The notes beneath the pieces were generated by a model that worked only from the letters and a program-made list of their open reading frames with translations, did not search any database and was not told the origin of the DNA. A DNA stretch of 64,000 bases from an uncultured bacterium. GTDB lineage: Bacteria > Chlamydiota > Chlamydiia > Chlamydiales > JAAKFR01. Both the position numbers and the translations under genes were made by a program. Below, in pieces: positions 42,710-52,983 of the stretch (positions within the stretch are counted from its first letter, which is position 1; each line of letters opens with the position of its first letter). The DNA is taken from contig CAZPPS010000009.1 in the NCBI GenBank assembly GCA_964588495.1, positions 9,833 to 73,832 on the forward strand, read 5' to 3'.

Positions 42710-44626
42710 CTAATCTATTTTTAAAATTGAAAGTGGATTAAATTTCTTTCCGCCCCCTTCGAAGCTATAGTGATACCACTCAATAAAATTAAGTCGCAAG
42801 CCGTGAATCACTCCCCCCATTAAAGCGAGGGTAAAATTGATCGTATGGCCTGCTAAGATCACAAATATTCCGAAATAGAAGGGCATTTTTGACGCCATAT
42901 CGTTAAAGGTCTCTGCCATGATCATGCCCGCTAAAGAAAGGGCATAAATACGGAGATAGGACATCACATCTGCAAAAACCTGAATGACATGCATAATCTC
43001 AGCCAAACCTTTCAGCTTGCGCTGGATCACAGCTAAAACCGCGGCAAGGCCTAAGCCCCCATAGACAAGATATTTCCCCAAAAGAGCTCCTGACTCATAG
43101 GGAATATTGAAAATATAGTGGATCAGTGATGTGGCATTGAGAATCGACGGGAAGTACAGATACCCTCCCACCATAAAAATGATCCAACCGATGCCCGACC
43201 AGTTTTTATCGAGATACCGGATAAAAGAGAACATAATGTGGAGCGTCCCGATGAAAATCACCAGCTCAAACAACACATTATCTTGGAAATTGCTATAGAT
43301 CGCATAGGGCTTTGAACTTCCTTCACGGTGCACGCTCGTTAGAAAGGCCTGAGGAGTTGTCGCATCTTTCAATTGGGGATACTCATGCACAAGCGCCTGA
43401 TAGGCACTTGGCTTTTGAGTAATGAAGTATTCGGCTTTTTTCTTAATCATCCAATTGATGAGAGAAACGTCTTGTAATTTATTTTCAGGGCCAATTTCAA
43501 TGCCAAAAAAAGAGGGAACCATTAAACCCCAAATGATGCATCCCACAGATAGGGCCATGGAAAGGGTTGTGAAACGTTTGAGAAATCCCCCTTTCTTCTT
43601 CCCATATTTAAAATAAAGCCACATAGAGATTCCCAGCATGATCAGACCATAGCCAGCATCTGCAATGATCATGGCAAAAAAGAGGCCAAAGGCAATCAAT
43701 ACCCAAATCGAAGGGTCCCGGTCTGCAATCGAGGGAGTGTCATAGATATTAATGAGATCCTCTCCCAAGCGAGCAGCTCCCTCATTTTCCAGTTGGGTGG
43801 GGATCCTATCTGTTTTTTCCACAGAGATCGGCTCGACATAAAGATTGAGCTCCGATGCCAAGCCCTCTAAAAGCTTAATCTTGTTCTTGGGAACCCATCC
43901 CTCAATTGCAAAAGCATCTCCTTCAAGAACCGCTTGAACTCTCTCTTTTGAATCTTCAAGATTATAACGGTTTAATGTGTTGATCAAGCCCTGCTTGAGA
44001 AGTGTTTTTTTATGGGCAAGGGTTGCAAGCTCTGTTTCATACATATCGATGTGCCGGCGTGCATGGGCAAGCTCCTCTTTCCATTCGCCAATGGGCTTTT
44101 CGACATACATTTCGATCAGTTTGTCATAGTGTTTCCGCTCGTTGTTGATCGCCACAAAGTAATTCATTCCATGGGCTTCCCCTACGAAGATGACCTCCGG
44201 TCTCTTGGCTGCCTCAGCATCTACGGTGTTTTTGCAGAAAAAAAACTGAATGATGCGCCCTGAGAGCCTTTCTGTTTCATGAAGATCGGCTGCAGAAAAG
44301 TCTCCAAAAATGGCCACTCTCGAAATTTCGCTTTCCGCAATACGGACATGTTCTCGCAATCTTTCAAGCTCGTGAGAGCGCTCCACAACATGCCTTGCAA
44401 GCACGTTGGCAGACAGATAATCGTCTGTAGGCTCCTGCTTCACAGGAACCATTTGACGGAGAACATGAAGGGCATCGATAAAATTCTGGATTTCGGGAGG
44501 TGTCTCTAGAGGTGTGGGCGTTTTTCTTAAAAATTCGACAATGCCAAGCTCCTGTACCCGTCTAAAAAAGACATCACGGGTACTTTCCGGACCAATCACC
44601 AAATATTTTTTAACGTCGACTCTCAT
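42710..44626 (-). CDS. atpI: V-type ATP synthase subunit I
   Basis: 638 aa with a soluble N-terminal half and a polytopic C-terminal half ending in the conserved ...GLRLNFIEWYHYSFEGGGKKFNP. Confidence 0.88.
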   Translation of the reverse strand: MRVDVKKYLVIGPESTRDVFFRRVQELGIVEFLRKTPTPLETPPEIQNFIDALHVLRQMVPVKQEPTDDYLSANVLARHVVERSHELERLREHVRIAESEISRVAIFGDFSAADLHETERLSGRIIQFFFCKNTVDAEAAKRPEVIFVGEAHGMNYFVAINNERKHYDKLIEMYVEKPIGEWKEELAHARRHIDMYETELATLAHKKTLLKQGLINTLNRYNLEDSKERVQAVLEGDAFAIEGWVPKNKIKLLEGLASELNLYVEPISVEKTDRIPTQLENEGAARLGEDLINIYDTPSIADRDPSIWVLIAFGLFFAMIIADAGYGLIMLGISMWLYFKYGKKKGGFLKRFTTLSMALSVGCIIWGLMVPSFFGIEIGPENKLQDVSLINWMIKKKAEYFITQKPSAYQALVHEYPQLKDATTPQAFLTSVHREGSSKPYAIYSNFQDNVLFELVIFIGTLHIMFSFIRYLDKNWSGIGWIIFMVGGYLYFPSILNATSLIHYIFNIPYESGALLGKYLVYGGLGLAAVLAVIQRKLKGLAEIMHVIQVFADVMSYLRIYALSLAGMIMAETFNDMASKMPFYFGIFVILAGHTINFTLALMGGVIHGLRLNFIEWYHYSFEGGGKKFNPLSILKID

Positions 44627-45261
44627 CTTACTTTTTCTGCGAGTTTTTTTTGTTTTTTGCGCATCTCGATTTTAGCTTTAGCAACTTTGGCTTGCGCAAC
44701 AGCCGCCAGCTCCTGGTCACCCAAAAAAATCTTGATCCGCTTGATGTGTTGTTGTGCCTTCGGGATCAAGTTTTTCTCAAAAAGATTCACCCGAATGGAA
44801 ACCTCACGCAGCTCTTTTTCTAGAGCCTTTTTCTTTTCTTCTGCCACAAGGACCTTAGCACGGGCAATGGCGAGCTTGCGCAAATCGCCTACTGCTGCAT
44901 CGAGCCAGGCAGGCGACGTAAAAAGGGGGTAGTCAAAAGGCTCAAAAGCCACCTTTTCAAAAAAAGGGACATCCACACCTGCGATATTTTCATACCGCTT
45001 TTCAATTTCTTTTATTTTGGCAGAACGGGTCAAATCGAGCCCCACCTGTTCACTCAAAAGGCTGCTGCTATGGGAAACAATCAACCGGAATTGGTGAAAT
45101 TCATCTTCCAGCGTTTGAATTTCAGAGCGCACCTCATTGACTTCGAGCTGCAGCATGGCCTTTTTCAGCTGAAGTGTAGGCAAATACTTCGAAAGCTGAG
45201 AAAGACGGAGCTGTTGGACACGCAGTTCTGTTTTTGTGAGCTTCATTGCTATCCTGGCCAA
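44623..45261 (-). CDS. atpD: V-type ATP synthase subunit D
   Basis: 212-aa coiled-coil protein ([10 protein letters not shown]..., LFEKNLIPK) with ATGA overlap with atpI. Confidence 0.85.
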   Translation of the reverse strand: MARIAMKLTKTELRVQQLRLSQLSKYLPTLQLKKAMLQLEVNEVRSEIQTLEDEFHQFRLIVSHSSSLLSEQVGLDLTRSAKIKEIEKRYENIAGVDVPFFEKVAFEPFDYPLFTSPAWLDAAVGDLRKLAIARAKVLVAEEKKKALEKELREVSIRVNLFEKNLIPKAQQHIKRIKIFLGDQELAAVAQAKVAKAKIEMRKKQKKLAEKVR

Positions 45262-46547
45262 TATTTTTCGATCAGAGCGTGCTTTAAACCCACTTCATGC
45301 CGTTGGAAACACTCAGACAAAAGGCGCCAGCCCAAATCAAGGGCCTCTTCCAGGGTGATATTCACTGAAAGATTCATCATATTCTCTTCAAAAAGACCGG
45401 AAAAGTTGAGGAGTTTTTCATCCCAACGGGAAATCTTAAAACCCATCGATTGCCGCTCTTTTGCCTTTTTAGAGTCGGCATAGAGGCGAATCAATCCGTT
45501 TGCGATATCGCCATGGTCTTCACGCGTCACTTTACCAATCACCTGCTGTTTTAGACGGGAAAGAGAACCAAAAGGATCAATAGAACCTCCATGGAGATAA
45601 AATTGTCCTTCCGTGATGTAGCCTGTGTTATCAGGAATTGGGTGTGTGACGTCATCTCCTGGCATCGTTGTCACACTGATGAGAGTAATGGAGCCGCTCC
45701 CCTCAATATCGACCGCTTTTTCATAACGGGAAGCAAGATCAGAATATAAAGAGCCAGGATAACCTCTGTTTGAAGGCACTTGGTCCATCGTGATCGCAAT
45801 TTCTTTGATGGCATCGGCAAAAGCTGTCATGTCTGTGAGAAGGACCAGAACATCTTTTCCTTCTGTTGCAAATTTTTCAGCACAGGCCAAAGCCATATCA
45901 GGAGCCAGCAAACACTCCACCGCAGGATCTGTGGCTCTATGGATAAACATCACAGTTTTTGAAATAGAGCCCGCCTCTTCTGCGTTGTCGATAAAGGCTT
46001 GGTAATCGGCAAAGGTCAGCCCCATTCCCGCAATCACAACCACTTCCGCATCGGTTTGGTTGGCAATCCGCATGAGAAGCTTGTTATAAGGCTCCCCCGC
46101 AACTGAAAAAATGGGGATTTTTTGCGATTTCACAAGACAGTTGAAAACATCGATCATGGGAATATTGGTGCGCACCATCTGTCTGGGAATAATACGGCGC
46201 ACAGGATTAAACGAGGGCATCGCAATCGGAATTTGTTCACCCTCAATTTGAGGGCCACCGTCAATGGGGACACCCGCCCCGGAGAGACGCCTTCCTAAGA
46301 GGGAATTTCCAAAGGTCGCGAGCATCTGCCGCTTAAGAAAAACCACTTTATCCCCGGTTGAGATCCCGCGCGTTCCTCCAAAGACTTGAAGGGTCACTTC
46401 CGATCCTTCGAAGCGCAAAACCGAAGCGTAGGTTGAGATGCCCCCCTTCCTGTCAATACGGGCAAGCTCTCCCAAACTCACATCGTCTGCTGTCACGGTA
46501 ATCAAGTTACCGCGCATGTCGTTGATTCTTTCGTAGACTTTTTTCAT
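45249..46547 (-). CDS. atpB: V-type ATP synthase subunit B
   Basis: Non-catalytic A/V-type B subunit pattern (PGRRGYPGYLYSDLA-like: [14 protein letters not shown]). 432 aa. Confidence 0.92.
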   Translation of the reverse strand: MKKVYERINDMRGNLITVTADDVSLGELARIDRKGGISTYASVLRFEGSEVTLQVFGGTRGISTGDKVVFLKRQMLATFGNSLLGRRLSGAGVPIDGGPQIEGEQIPIAMPSFNPVRRIIPRQMVRTNIPMIDVFNCLVKSQKIPIFSVAGEPYNKLLMRIANQTDAEVVVIAGMGLTFADYQAFIDNAEEAGSISKTVMFIHRATDPAVECLLAPDMALACAEKFATEGKDVLVLLTDMTAFADAIKEIAITMDQVPSNRGYPGSLYSDLASRYEKAVDIEGSGSITLISVTTMPGDDVTHPIPDNTGYITEGQFYLHGGSIDPFGSLSRLKQQVIGKVTREDHGDIANGLIRLYADSKKAKERQSMGFKISRWDEKLLNFSGLFEENMMNLSVNITLEEALDLGWRLLSECFQRHEVGLKHALIEKYWPG

Positions 46548-48313
46548 AGTTTTCTTGCCGTTTCGATGTTTTCTTGGATCGTGTCAAATAATTTTACATA
46601 ATCTTCTGATTCAAAGGGCGTTGAGTTCAAGGTTTTAATCTTACCCTGGAGCGTGAGGAAAAATTCACGAGCTCGATCGCGCGATTGAAAGTCAAAAGGT
46701 GTCACAAAAATGTGGTTGATCAAACGGAAAAGGGGGATTTGTCTTTCTAGCGGACAATAAGAATCCACTTTATCGAAAGCATTTTGCTGCAGATAGCAAA
46801 AATCGTAGGCTTCTGCTTTTAGATGGATGATCAAGTCAGCTAAAGAAACCCCTTCCTCGCCCACAACTTCCATCCGCTTGCCAATCTCATCTCCCAATTT
46901 TAGAAAATCATCGGCCCTTCTCACCATATCGCCCCATCCGGGTGCTTCTGTCTCAAGCTGCCGTGCGACATCATCCACATATTTGGACCAGGAAATAAGC
47001 TGATCAATGGCAGGATAGCGGCGCGCATCCGAACGGGCCCGTGAAAGGGCGCAGAAAGAGCCCACAACTGCCAGAGTGGCCTGTGTGACCGGCTCTTCAA
47101 AGCTTCCACCTGCAGGAGAAACGGCTCCACAAATCGTGACAGAGCCTTTCTTACCATTTTTAAGGGAAACATTGCCGCCACGTTCATAAAAAGAGGCAAT
47201 TCGGGAGGCAAGATAGGCGGGGAAAGCTTCTTCTCCCGGAATTTCTTCCAGTCTTCCTGACATTTCCCTTAAAGCCTGCGCCCAGCGGGAAGTGGAGTCA
47301 GCAAGTAAAAGGACATCGAGACCCATTTGCCGGTAATATTCTGCAATGGTCATCCCCATATAAATGGAAGATTCACGGGCAGCTACAGGCATCGAAGAAG
47401 TGTTGCAGATAATGCAAGTGCGGTTAATTAAGGGCTCGTCAGTGTGTGGATCGATCAGCTCTGGAAATTCGCGCAAGATTTCCACAACCTCACCGGCACG
47501 CTCGCCGCACGCTGTCACAATGACAATGTCTACAGCTGCATACTTAGAAAGGTGGTGCTGAATGACTGTTTTGCCTGCGCCAAACGGGCCTGGAGTGCAA
47601 AAAGTTCCTCCCTTCATGATGGGGTTTTGGGTATCGAGTGTACGCAAACCTGTATCCATCATCCGTGAGGGCTTCACTTTCAGTCCTTGGAAAAGCCCCA
47701 TTTTAATGGGCCACTTCTGCACCATTGTAAAGGCAATTTCCTGTCCAGATTCTGTTTTGCCGCGGGCGATGATGGTATCGACAGTGTATTTTCCAGCAGA
47801 AATTGCCCATGTCAGAGTCACTTTGCCAAAAAACGAGAAAGGAACCATGATATGGTGCTCATAACGTCCTTCCATAGTCGTGCCAAGAGTGTCCCCTCTT
47901 TCCAGTGTGTCCCCCACTTTTGCAAAAGGAAGATAGTCCCATTCAGTTTCCCGATCAATGGGTGGGACATAAATGCCACGAGGCAAATAAAGACCGGAGA
48001 TTTGGGCAACCTCTTCCAGACGATTCTGCAGACCATCAAAAATAGATTTTAAAAGACCAGGCCCAAGCTCTGCTTCCAAAAGATCACCGGTAAACCTGAC
48101 CGGCGTCCCCAGCTTGATCCCCCGAGTATCTTCATAAACCTGAATTTTGACCTCATTGCCGACAATTTCGATCACTTCTGATTTTAGATGTGTACCTTCA
48201 AGATCGACATAAGCCACCTCTCCCTGGCGGACATTGCCCTCAAATTTAACTTGGAGGAGGTTTCCAAAAGCTTTGACAACCTCTCCTTTGGCATGTTGTG
48301 ACTCATGATTCAT
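46544..48313 (-). CDS. atpA: V-type ATP synthase subunit A (catalytic)
   Basis: Walker [10 protein letters not shown], the non-homologous insert typical of A subunits, and ...[17 protein letters not shown]. Confidence 0.95.
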   Translation of the reverse strand: MNHESQHAKGEVVKAFGNLLQVKFEGNVRQGEVAYVDLEGTHLKSEVIEIVGNEVKIQVYEDTRGIKLGTPVRFTGDLLEAELGPGLLKSIFDGLQNRLEEVAQISGLYLPRGIYVPPIDRETEWDYLPFAKVGDTLERGDTLGTTMEGRYEHHIMVPFSFFGKVTLTWAISAGKYTVDTIIARGKTESGQEIAFTMVQKWPIKMGLFQGLKVKPSRMMDTGLRTLDTQNPIMKGGTFCTPGPFGAGKTVIQHHLSKYAAVDIVIVTACGERAGEVVEILREFPELIDPHTDEPLINRTCIICNTSSMPVAARESSIYMGMTIAEYYRQMGLDVLLLADSTSRWAQALREMSGRLEEIPGEEAFPAYLASRIASFYERGGNVSLKNGKKGSVTICGAVSPAGGSFEEPVTQATLAVVGSFCALSRARSDARRYPAIDQLISWSKYVDDVARQLETEAPGWGDMVRRADDFLKLGDEIGKRMEVVGEEGVSLADLIIHLKAEAYDFCYLQQNAFDKVDSYCPLERQIPLFRLINHIFVTPFDFQSRDRAREFFLTLQGKIKTLNSTPFESEDYVKLFDTIQENIETARKL

Positions 48314-49104
48314 GTGATTTCCTTTTCGATGGTATCCACAATATTAATTCCTTTTTGAACATCCAGCTCAAGCCACCTTTCCACAAGTAAAAGGCGGGCC
48401 ATGTAGTTCAAAATACGGTCTAAACTGAAAATTTCCCCACCCCAAAGCTCAATAATGTGATTAAATTGATATTCCACAAGTGCCTTATGCAATTCCAATG
48501 GGGAATCAGAAAATGTCTCAAAAATGGGTCTCAACTCCTTATATTCAAAAGGAGGCTCATATAGCGGGGTGTCTTTTTGAGCTAAAATCTGGGCCACAAT
48601 GGGATCTGATGGATCCTCATATTGTAATTCTACTGTGACATCTCGATCCATTTTTTTGGATCTGAAACCGAGCATCACGAGGCGCAAATCTCTTTGGAAG
48701 GCAAAAAAATCTCTGATGAAACCTGTTTCTGTTTCAATTTTATAGCTGAAAAAATGGGACATAAGCTCTGCAAAGTGAGCGACCCGTTCTTCATCTGTGT
48801 GATATTTATCGAGATAATCAATCAAAAAATCTTCCAAGGGATCTCCCCAAGGCCATTTCTGATCATTAAGCACAAACTCAAGTTGCTCTTTATTGAGATT
48901 TCCGCGCGGATCCAAAGGCTCTTTTGCCCAAAGTGCCCGCAAATTCTCCATATCGATCAAAGAAAGAAATTTGCGTGTTCGGTAAAGGTCTTTACTTGTG
49001 AGGTTTGTATCGAGAATGATTTTAAGCTCTTCAAACCCTAAAGCGGGCATGTGGCCAATCTCTAGAGGAGGAAATGAACTTGTAAGAAAGTAGTATTCAG
49101 TCAT
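48310..49104 (-). CDS. conserved hypothetical protein of chlamydial V-ATPase operons (DUF2764-like, possible C-subunit analogue)
   Basis: It lies between atpE and atpA with ATGA coupling to atpA. The family name is recalled from chlamydial genomes and was not searched. Confidence 0.6.
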   Translation of the reverse strand: MTEYYFLTSSFPPLEIGHMPALGFEELKIILDTNLTSKDLYRTRKFLSLIDMENLRALWAKEPLDPRGNLNKEQLEFVLNDQKWPWGDPLEDFLIDYLDKYHTDEERVAHFAELMSHFFSYKIETETGFIRDFFAFQRDLRLVMLGFRSKKMDRDVTVELQYEDPSDPIVAQILAQKDTPLYEPPFEYKELRPIFETFSDSPLELHKALVEYQFNHIIELWGGEIFSLDRILNYMARLLLVERWLELDVQKGINIVDTIEKEIT

Positions 49105-49113
49105 TAATTTCGT

Positions 49114-49740
49114 TTACGCCTTAAATAGCAATTCACGGAAATCTTTTCGGATATACTGTCCGATCAATTCTTTCAATGCGGCATCGCTTAAATCAAGCGT
49201 CATATTCCGGTCATGCAATTTTAACTGCACGCCGCCGTTAAATTCTCCCACAACCACTGATTTTTCCCGCAATTTTTCCATAATTCCTTTGAGCAAAAGG
49301 ATATTTACTTTTTCAGCAGGCACTGTTGCTGGGATAACTGCTGAAAAATCTGCGCTAATCCCCTCTTTTTCGACCGCTTCTACAAGGGCTGAGATCAGTT
49401 TGGCAGCAATATTTGGATCGGGAGTTTGCTGTTTTAACCAATCTGTGAGCTCCGAATTGAGAAGCTTCTGTTCAATTTCCTGTCGTAAAGATTCAAGCCC
49501 CTGACGGCAGGCTTGCGTGATGGAGCTTTCAAATAACTCGCGCTCTTTTCCCATTTTTTGCTTGGCCTGACTGATCATTTCGGCAGCTTTTGACTCTGCA
49601 TCGCGAATGATATTCCGCGCTTCCTGTTCTGCGACCTCTAAAATTTTTTGAGCCTCTTCTTTAGCAGGCAGAATCGTCTCATTTTTAAGGATCTCGCAGA
49701 TCTTTTTGATTTTGTCTTTGCCAGTATCTAGATTCTCCAT
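49114..49740 (-). CDS. atpE: V-type ATP synthase subunit E
   Basis: 208 aa with a long charged N-terminal helix (EEAQKILEVAEQEARNIIRDAESKAAEMI). First gene of the operon. Confidence 0.85.
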   Translation of the reverse strand: MENLDTGKDKIKKICEILKNETILPAKEEAQKILEVAEQEARNIIRDAESKAAEMISQAKQKMGKERELFESSITQACRQGLESLRQEIEQKLLNSELTDWLKQQTPDPNIAAKLISALVEAVEKEGISADFSAVIPATVPAEKVNILLLKGIMEKLREKSVVVGEFNGGVQLKLHDRNMTLDLSDAALKELIGQYIRKDFRELLFKA

Positions 49741-49870
49741 TATTCTGAGCCCTTACTTGAATTGGATCTAAAAAATTGAAAATATCAGCTTAAGCTTAAT
49801 TGCCGAAACAAAACTTTAAGCGAAGGGCGAAAGCTTGGCAAAATAAGGTTTATAAATCAAGGGTTTTTAA

Positions 49871-50359
49871 ATGTTTAAATTCATTTTATTTTTTCTAAGC
49901 AGCTCCCTTTTTTTCTCGGTTGCGCAGGGTGAAGAAGTCAGTATTCAATCTCCTCCTAAAGGTTGGGAGTGCATTACAGATCAAGCGCAACTGCCGCAAA
50001 AAATCAAACTGATCTACATCGGCAAACCAACAGCTGCAAATCCTTTCAACCCCTCGATGAATGTCGCTTGCGAAGAGACACCTTTAAATCTTGCAGACTA
50101 TGTGAAATCGGCAAAAGCCTATCATGAAAGCCAACCGGAGACCAAATGCGCCCTGCTTGGCAAAATTAATACGGCAGCCGGTCCTGCCGAAATTTTGCAA
50201 CTTGACCGCACCATGCAATGGGGAATTGTCCGCTTCATCCAGGCTGTCATGATTCGCAATGGCCATGCCTATGTTGTGACCACAACGTGTATCAAAGAAG
50301 AGTTCAGCGCACTGTCTCCGCAGCTTTTTAAAGCGATTCAGTCTTTTACGATTAGATAA
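49871..50359 (+). CDS. secreted hypothetical protein
   Basis: Signal peptide MFKFILFFLSSSLFFSVAQG. 162 aa. No family recognised with confidence. Confidence 0.6.
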   Translation: MFKFILFFLSSSLFFSVAQGEEVSIQSPPKGWECITDQAQLPQKIKLIYIGKPTAANPFNPSMNVACEETPLNLADYVKSAKAYHESQPETKCALLGKINTAAGPAEILQLDRTMQWGIVRFIQAVMIRNGHAYVVTTTCIKEEFSALSPQLFKAIQSFTIR

Positions 50360-50374
50360 CTTAAATCGAAATCT

Positions 50375-50427
50375 ACGTGCCCGTGCCCGATCCGAAATTT
50401 CGGACAGGGGCACGCTCACGGGCACGT
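50375..50427. repeat. GTGCCC-hexamer hairpin (imperfect copy)
   Basis: ACGTGCCCGTGCCCGATCCGAAA / TTTCGGACAGGGGCACGCTCACGGGCACGT, 16 nt after the stop at 50359. Confidence 0.7.
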
Positions 50428-50499
50428 AAAGAAATTCAAAAATTTGCACCTTGCAAAAAAAATAATTAATTTGTTATGTCTGTGCAAAAGGAGATCGTT

Positions 50500-50808
50500 A
50501 TGAAGAAATTGATTTCGACATTGTGTGTAGTTTTGATGATTTTTGCTGCAAAAGCGCCAAGCCTTTACGGTTCTTGTGGTGCCCCTTGTGGAGAACCATG
50601 CCAAACAACATATTGTGATGCACCTTGTGCAGCACCTTGCGCACCTTATGCACCTTATGCACCCTGTGACGCTCCATGCGCCCCATGTGCACCTGCTGCT
50701 GGAACTTGCTGTGGAACTTCGTGGATACCTTTAATTGTTGCTGCTGGTGCAATTGCAGTTGGCGTAGCTTTTGTTGTATCACACAACCGTGGTCACCACG
50801 GACACTAA
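50500..50808 (+). CDS. small Cys/Pro/Ala-rich protein with signal peptide, C-terminal TM anchor and His-rich tail (paralog A)
   Basis: SD AAGGAG before ATG 50500. Signal MKKLISTLCVVLMIFAAKA. About 11 Cys occur in (A/P)PC repeats. The TM anchor is IPLIVAAGAIAVGVAFVV and the tail is SHNRGHHGH. Confidence 0.75.
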   Translation: MKKLISTLCVVLMIFAAKAPSLYGSCGAPCGEPCQTTYCDAPCAAPCAPYAPYAPCDAPCAPCAPAAGTCCGTSWIPLIVAAGAIAVGVAFVVSHNRGHHGH

Positions 50809-50900
50809 GAACTGAAACGTAACAAATACGTTAACCAGTTATCGAAAATATTATCAGAGATGCTGTCTAAAGGCAGCATTTCTGACATTATAGTTTAACA

Positions 50901-50958
50901 AAAGTTTTTGTACTTTTGGCCGCTTCAAAGTCCCGCGGTTAAAAGTACAAAAACCTTT
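50901..50958. promoter_or_regulatory. 23-bp imperfect inverted repeat upstream of Cys-rich paralog B
   Basis: AAAGTTTTTGTACTTTTGGCCGC (50901-50923) pairs with GCGGTTAAAAGTACAAAAACCTTT (50935-50958). It ends 25 nt before ATG 50984. Confidence 0.45.
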
Positions 50959-50983
50959 GTCAAGCTGTGCGAGGAGACTTTGA

Positions 50984-51280
50984 ATGAAAAAAACGGTTGC
51001 TGTATTTTGTATTATCTTAGCTGTAATGTTTGGTTTTCCTGGATCTCAAGCGACAGCTGCTGCCCCTTGCGGTCCCAATACTTGCCAGGTTGATTCTTCT
51101 ATTCCATATTGCGAGCCTTGCGCTCCTTATCCTGCTCCCTGCGGACCACCTTGTGCTCCCGCTTGCGGCGCTAATTGCGGCGTTTCATTATGTGCCGTTG
51201 GAGTTGCTGTTGCAGCTGTGATCGCAGCTGGTGCAATTATTTTGCTTGCCGGCAAAACCGAACATGCGCATTCTCATTAG
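50984..51280 (+). CDS. small Cys/Pro/Ala-rich anchored protein (paralog B)
   Basis: SD GAGGAG. It has a signal peptide, a region APCGPNTCQ...YCEPCAPYPAPCGPPCAPACGANCGVSL, a TM anchor and the tail KTEHAHSH. Confidence 0.75.
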   Translation: MKKTVAVFCIILAVMFGFPGSQATAAAPCGPNTCQVDSSIPYCEPCAPYPAPCGPPCAPACGANCGVSLCAVGVAVAAVIAAGAIILLAGKTEHAHSH

Positions 51281-51312
51281 TCTGATTTAAGAAAAATTAT
51301 TCGGAGTAGTGG

Positions 51313-51783
51313 ATGAAACGGCTGACTGCAATTGTTGTACTTTTGACTTTTTGGATTTCCCCTTTACGGGCTGCCTCAGATACCTTTGTTGATTATCAAA
51401 ACTACAATCACGGCTACTGCCCTGAATGTGGAAGTTTTCCTTGCAGATGTGGCGAAAGAGCTGCCGGTAATAATCTTGCCCCTGAAGAGGCACCTGTTCC
51501 ACCACCCCCTCCTGCAGGCCCTGGTTTTTCCTACGGTGGTCCACCAGCCCCTGCTCCCAACGGCCGTGTTCCTCCACCACCACCAGGTGTCGCTGCAAAA
51601 ACGCCACCTCCTCCTGCTCCTCCAACGCCTGCTTGCAAAAAACCAGAGCCCTGTGCCCCAGCTGCAGTGTGTGCCACAAATTGCGGCGTAAGACTAATCT
51701 GGGTAGGGCTTGGAATTGTGGTTCTGGCAACAGGAGCTGCCATCATCATTAGCTCCAACAACGGCGCCGCTCCCTTCCATTAA
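51313..51783 (+). CDS. Cys- and Pro-rich anchored protein (paralog C)
   Basis: It has a signal peptide, CPECGSFPCRCG, polyproline tracts (PVPPPPPAGPG, PPPPPG, PPPPAPPTP), the shared CATNCGVRL motif, a TM anchor and ends in FH. Confidence 0.7.
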   Translation: MKRLTAIVVLLTFWISPLRAASDTFVDYQNYNHGYCPECGSFPCRCGERAAGNNLAPEEAPVPPPPPAGPGFSYGGPPAPAPNGRVPPPPPGVAAKTPPPPAPPTPACKKPEPCAPAAVCATNCGVRLIWVGLGIVVLATGAAIIISSNNGAAPFH

Positions 51784-51818
51784 CAGTTGCTCATTAAATG
51801 TTACGAGCCCATGCACAC

Positions 51819-51915
51819 AAACTCTCCTGGATTGCGGCCTTTCTTCGCCGCTCTTCAATTGCCAAGAAGACTTTATGCCTATTGCATAGCGGCGAAGGAT
51901 CGCCGCCCTTCAGAG
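51819..51915. repeat. double-hairpin palindromic element (family 3), copy 2
   Basis: AAACTCTCCTGGATTGCGGCCTTTCTTCGCCGC...GCGGCGAAGGATCGCCGCCC aligns to the reverse complement of copy 1, including the central CAATTGCCAA(A/G)(C/A)AG(T/A)CTTTA. Confidence 0.8.
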
Positions 51916-52010
51916 GCAGTTCCAAAACTCATTTGCCCGGCAAAATCGCTCTTTTGAAGCCATTTGCATCCATTTTCCTCGGCCAGCTCAACGAAGGCCG
52001 CCCTCGTCAA

Positions 52011-52541
52011 ATGGAACGTGGCAGCTTTACTGCCTCTTGCAACTGGACGCAAAATAATCAATTTTTCCGGGCAAAGCAGTTTTGCAACTACCTCTCTAGG
52101 AAGGCTGTCTGTATTATAACGCTGCTTCTCCTTGTGTTTAGCCTTACAGGATGCAGAGGAAAAGGTTGGTTTTATAGCGATGTCAAATCAGATTGCGCAC
52201 GGTTTAACTCGGCTCTTTTAAGCCATTGCTCCCCTGAGGCATTTAATGGAATTGAACTGCAGCTTTTAAGAGGTGAATTTGGGATACTGGCTTTTCTCAA
52301 TATTAGTTCGGGATCTCTGAACTCTCCCACTGCCGCTTTAGAAATTGAGGGGATACGCTATTTGTACACCGCGCATGTGATGCAGGGAGGGCAAAGGGTG
52401 CTTCTGCCTCCAGAAGCCGCTGATTTTATCATCACTTCTTTACTCAACGGTCTAAACGTAAAAATCTGTTTAAACGGCTATATGAGCGAGTTTTTCCCTG
52501 AAAACTTTGCACGCAAATACAAGTGCTTTAGCCGGCAATAA
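52011..52541 (+). CDS. putative lipoprotein, unknown family (start uncertain: 52011 or 51798)
   Basis: Hydrophobic stretch with lipobox LVFSLTGC. The track start at 51798 would translate through repeat family 3, and ATG 52011 avoids it. Confidence 0.5.
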   Translation: MERGSFTASCNWTQNNQFFRAKQFCNYLSRKAVCIITLLLLVFSLTGCRGKGWFYSDVKSDCARFNSALLSHCSPEAFNGIELQLLRGEFGILAFLNISSGSLNSPTAALEIEGIRYLYTAHVMQGGQRVLLPPEAADFIITSLLNGLNVKICLNGYMSEFFPENFARKYKCFSRQ

Positions 52542-52908
52542 GCGATTCTGGGACATCCTTCAGGGGCTCAACCCTGAACAAAATCTCCATTTTCTTGCCG
52601 TTGATATTCAAGTCAAGCACAGAACTTAACCGTGTTAGCAATATATTGAAGGGCACTTTCACATGATGATTGCCCACATCTATTGCAATGGCAGAGCTGC
52701 CCAGAATTTCTTCTGAGGCATAAATTTGATGGCATAACGCTTCAAATTGGGTCAGGTGTCTTAACAAAGTGTCATCATCAAAGGCATATTTTCGCCTGCA
52801 ACTAGGGCAGGGAACAATTTTATGAAAATGCTTCCGGTCAAGCACCGAAAACAAAATGGGGGCATCACATTCTTGACAGTGAAACTGTAATTTGTGTCCG
52901 TTCTGCAT
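52528..52908 (-). CDS. hypothetical zinc-ribbon protein
   Basis: N-terminal CQEC...(19)...CPSC four-Cys ribbon. 126 aa. Its 3' end overlaps the convergent lipoprotein ORF by 14 nt. Confidence 0.5.
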   Translation of the reverse strand: MQNGHKLQFHCQECDAPILFSVLDRKHFHKIVPCPSCRRKYAFDDDTLLRHLTQFEALCHQIYASEEILGSSAIAIDVGNHHVKVPFNILLTRLSSVLDLNINGKKMEILFRVEPLKDVPESLIAG

Positions 52909-52983
52909 CGTATCAATCCTTCGGTTAACTGACTCTTATAACAAAAGATTCTGCAAAAAACAACATGTAGATTGCCGAAATCA

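Noticed and set aside
50498-51761. Alternative-frame and antisense ORFs over the Cys/Pro-rich genes (50498-50782-, 50543-50734+, 51030-51221+, 51287-51730-, 51386-51691+, 51531-51761-)
   Set aside because: Low-complexity GC-rich repeats keep several frames open. Only the chosen frames have an SD, a signal peptide, a TM anchor and the shared CxNCGV motif. The ambiguity is flagged in the finding.
51798-52010. First 71 codons of the track ORF 51798-52541
   Set aside because: They run through repeat family 3 and a featureless stretch. ATG 52011 gives a more conventional lipoprotein precursor, though the upstream start cannot be excluded.
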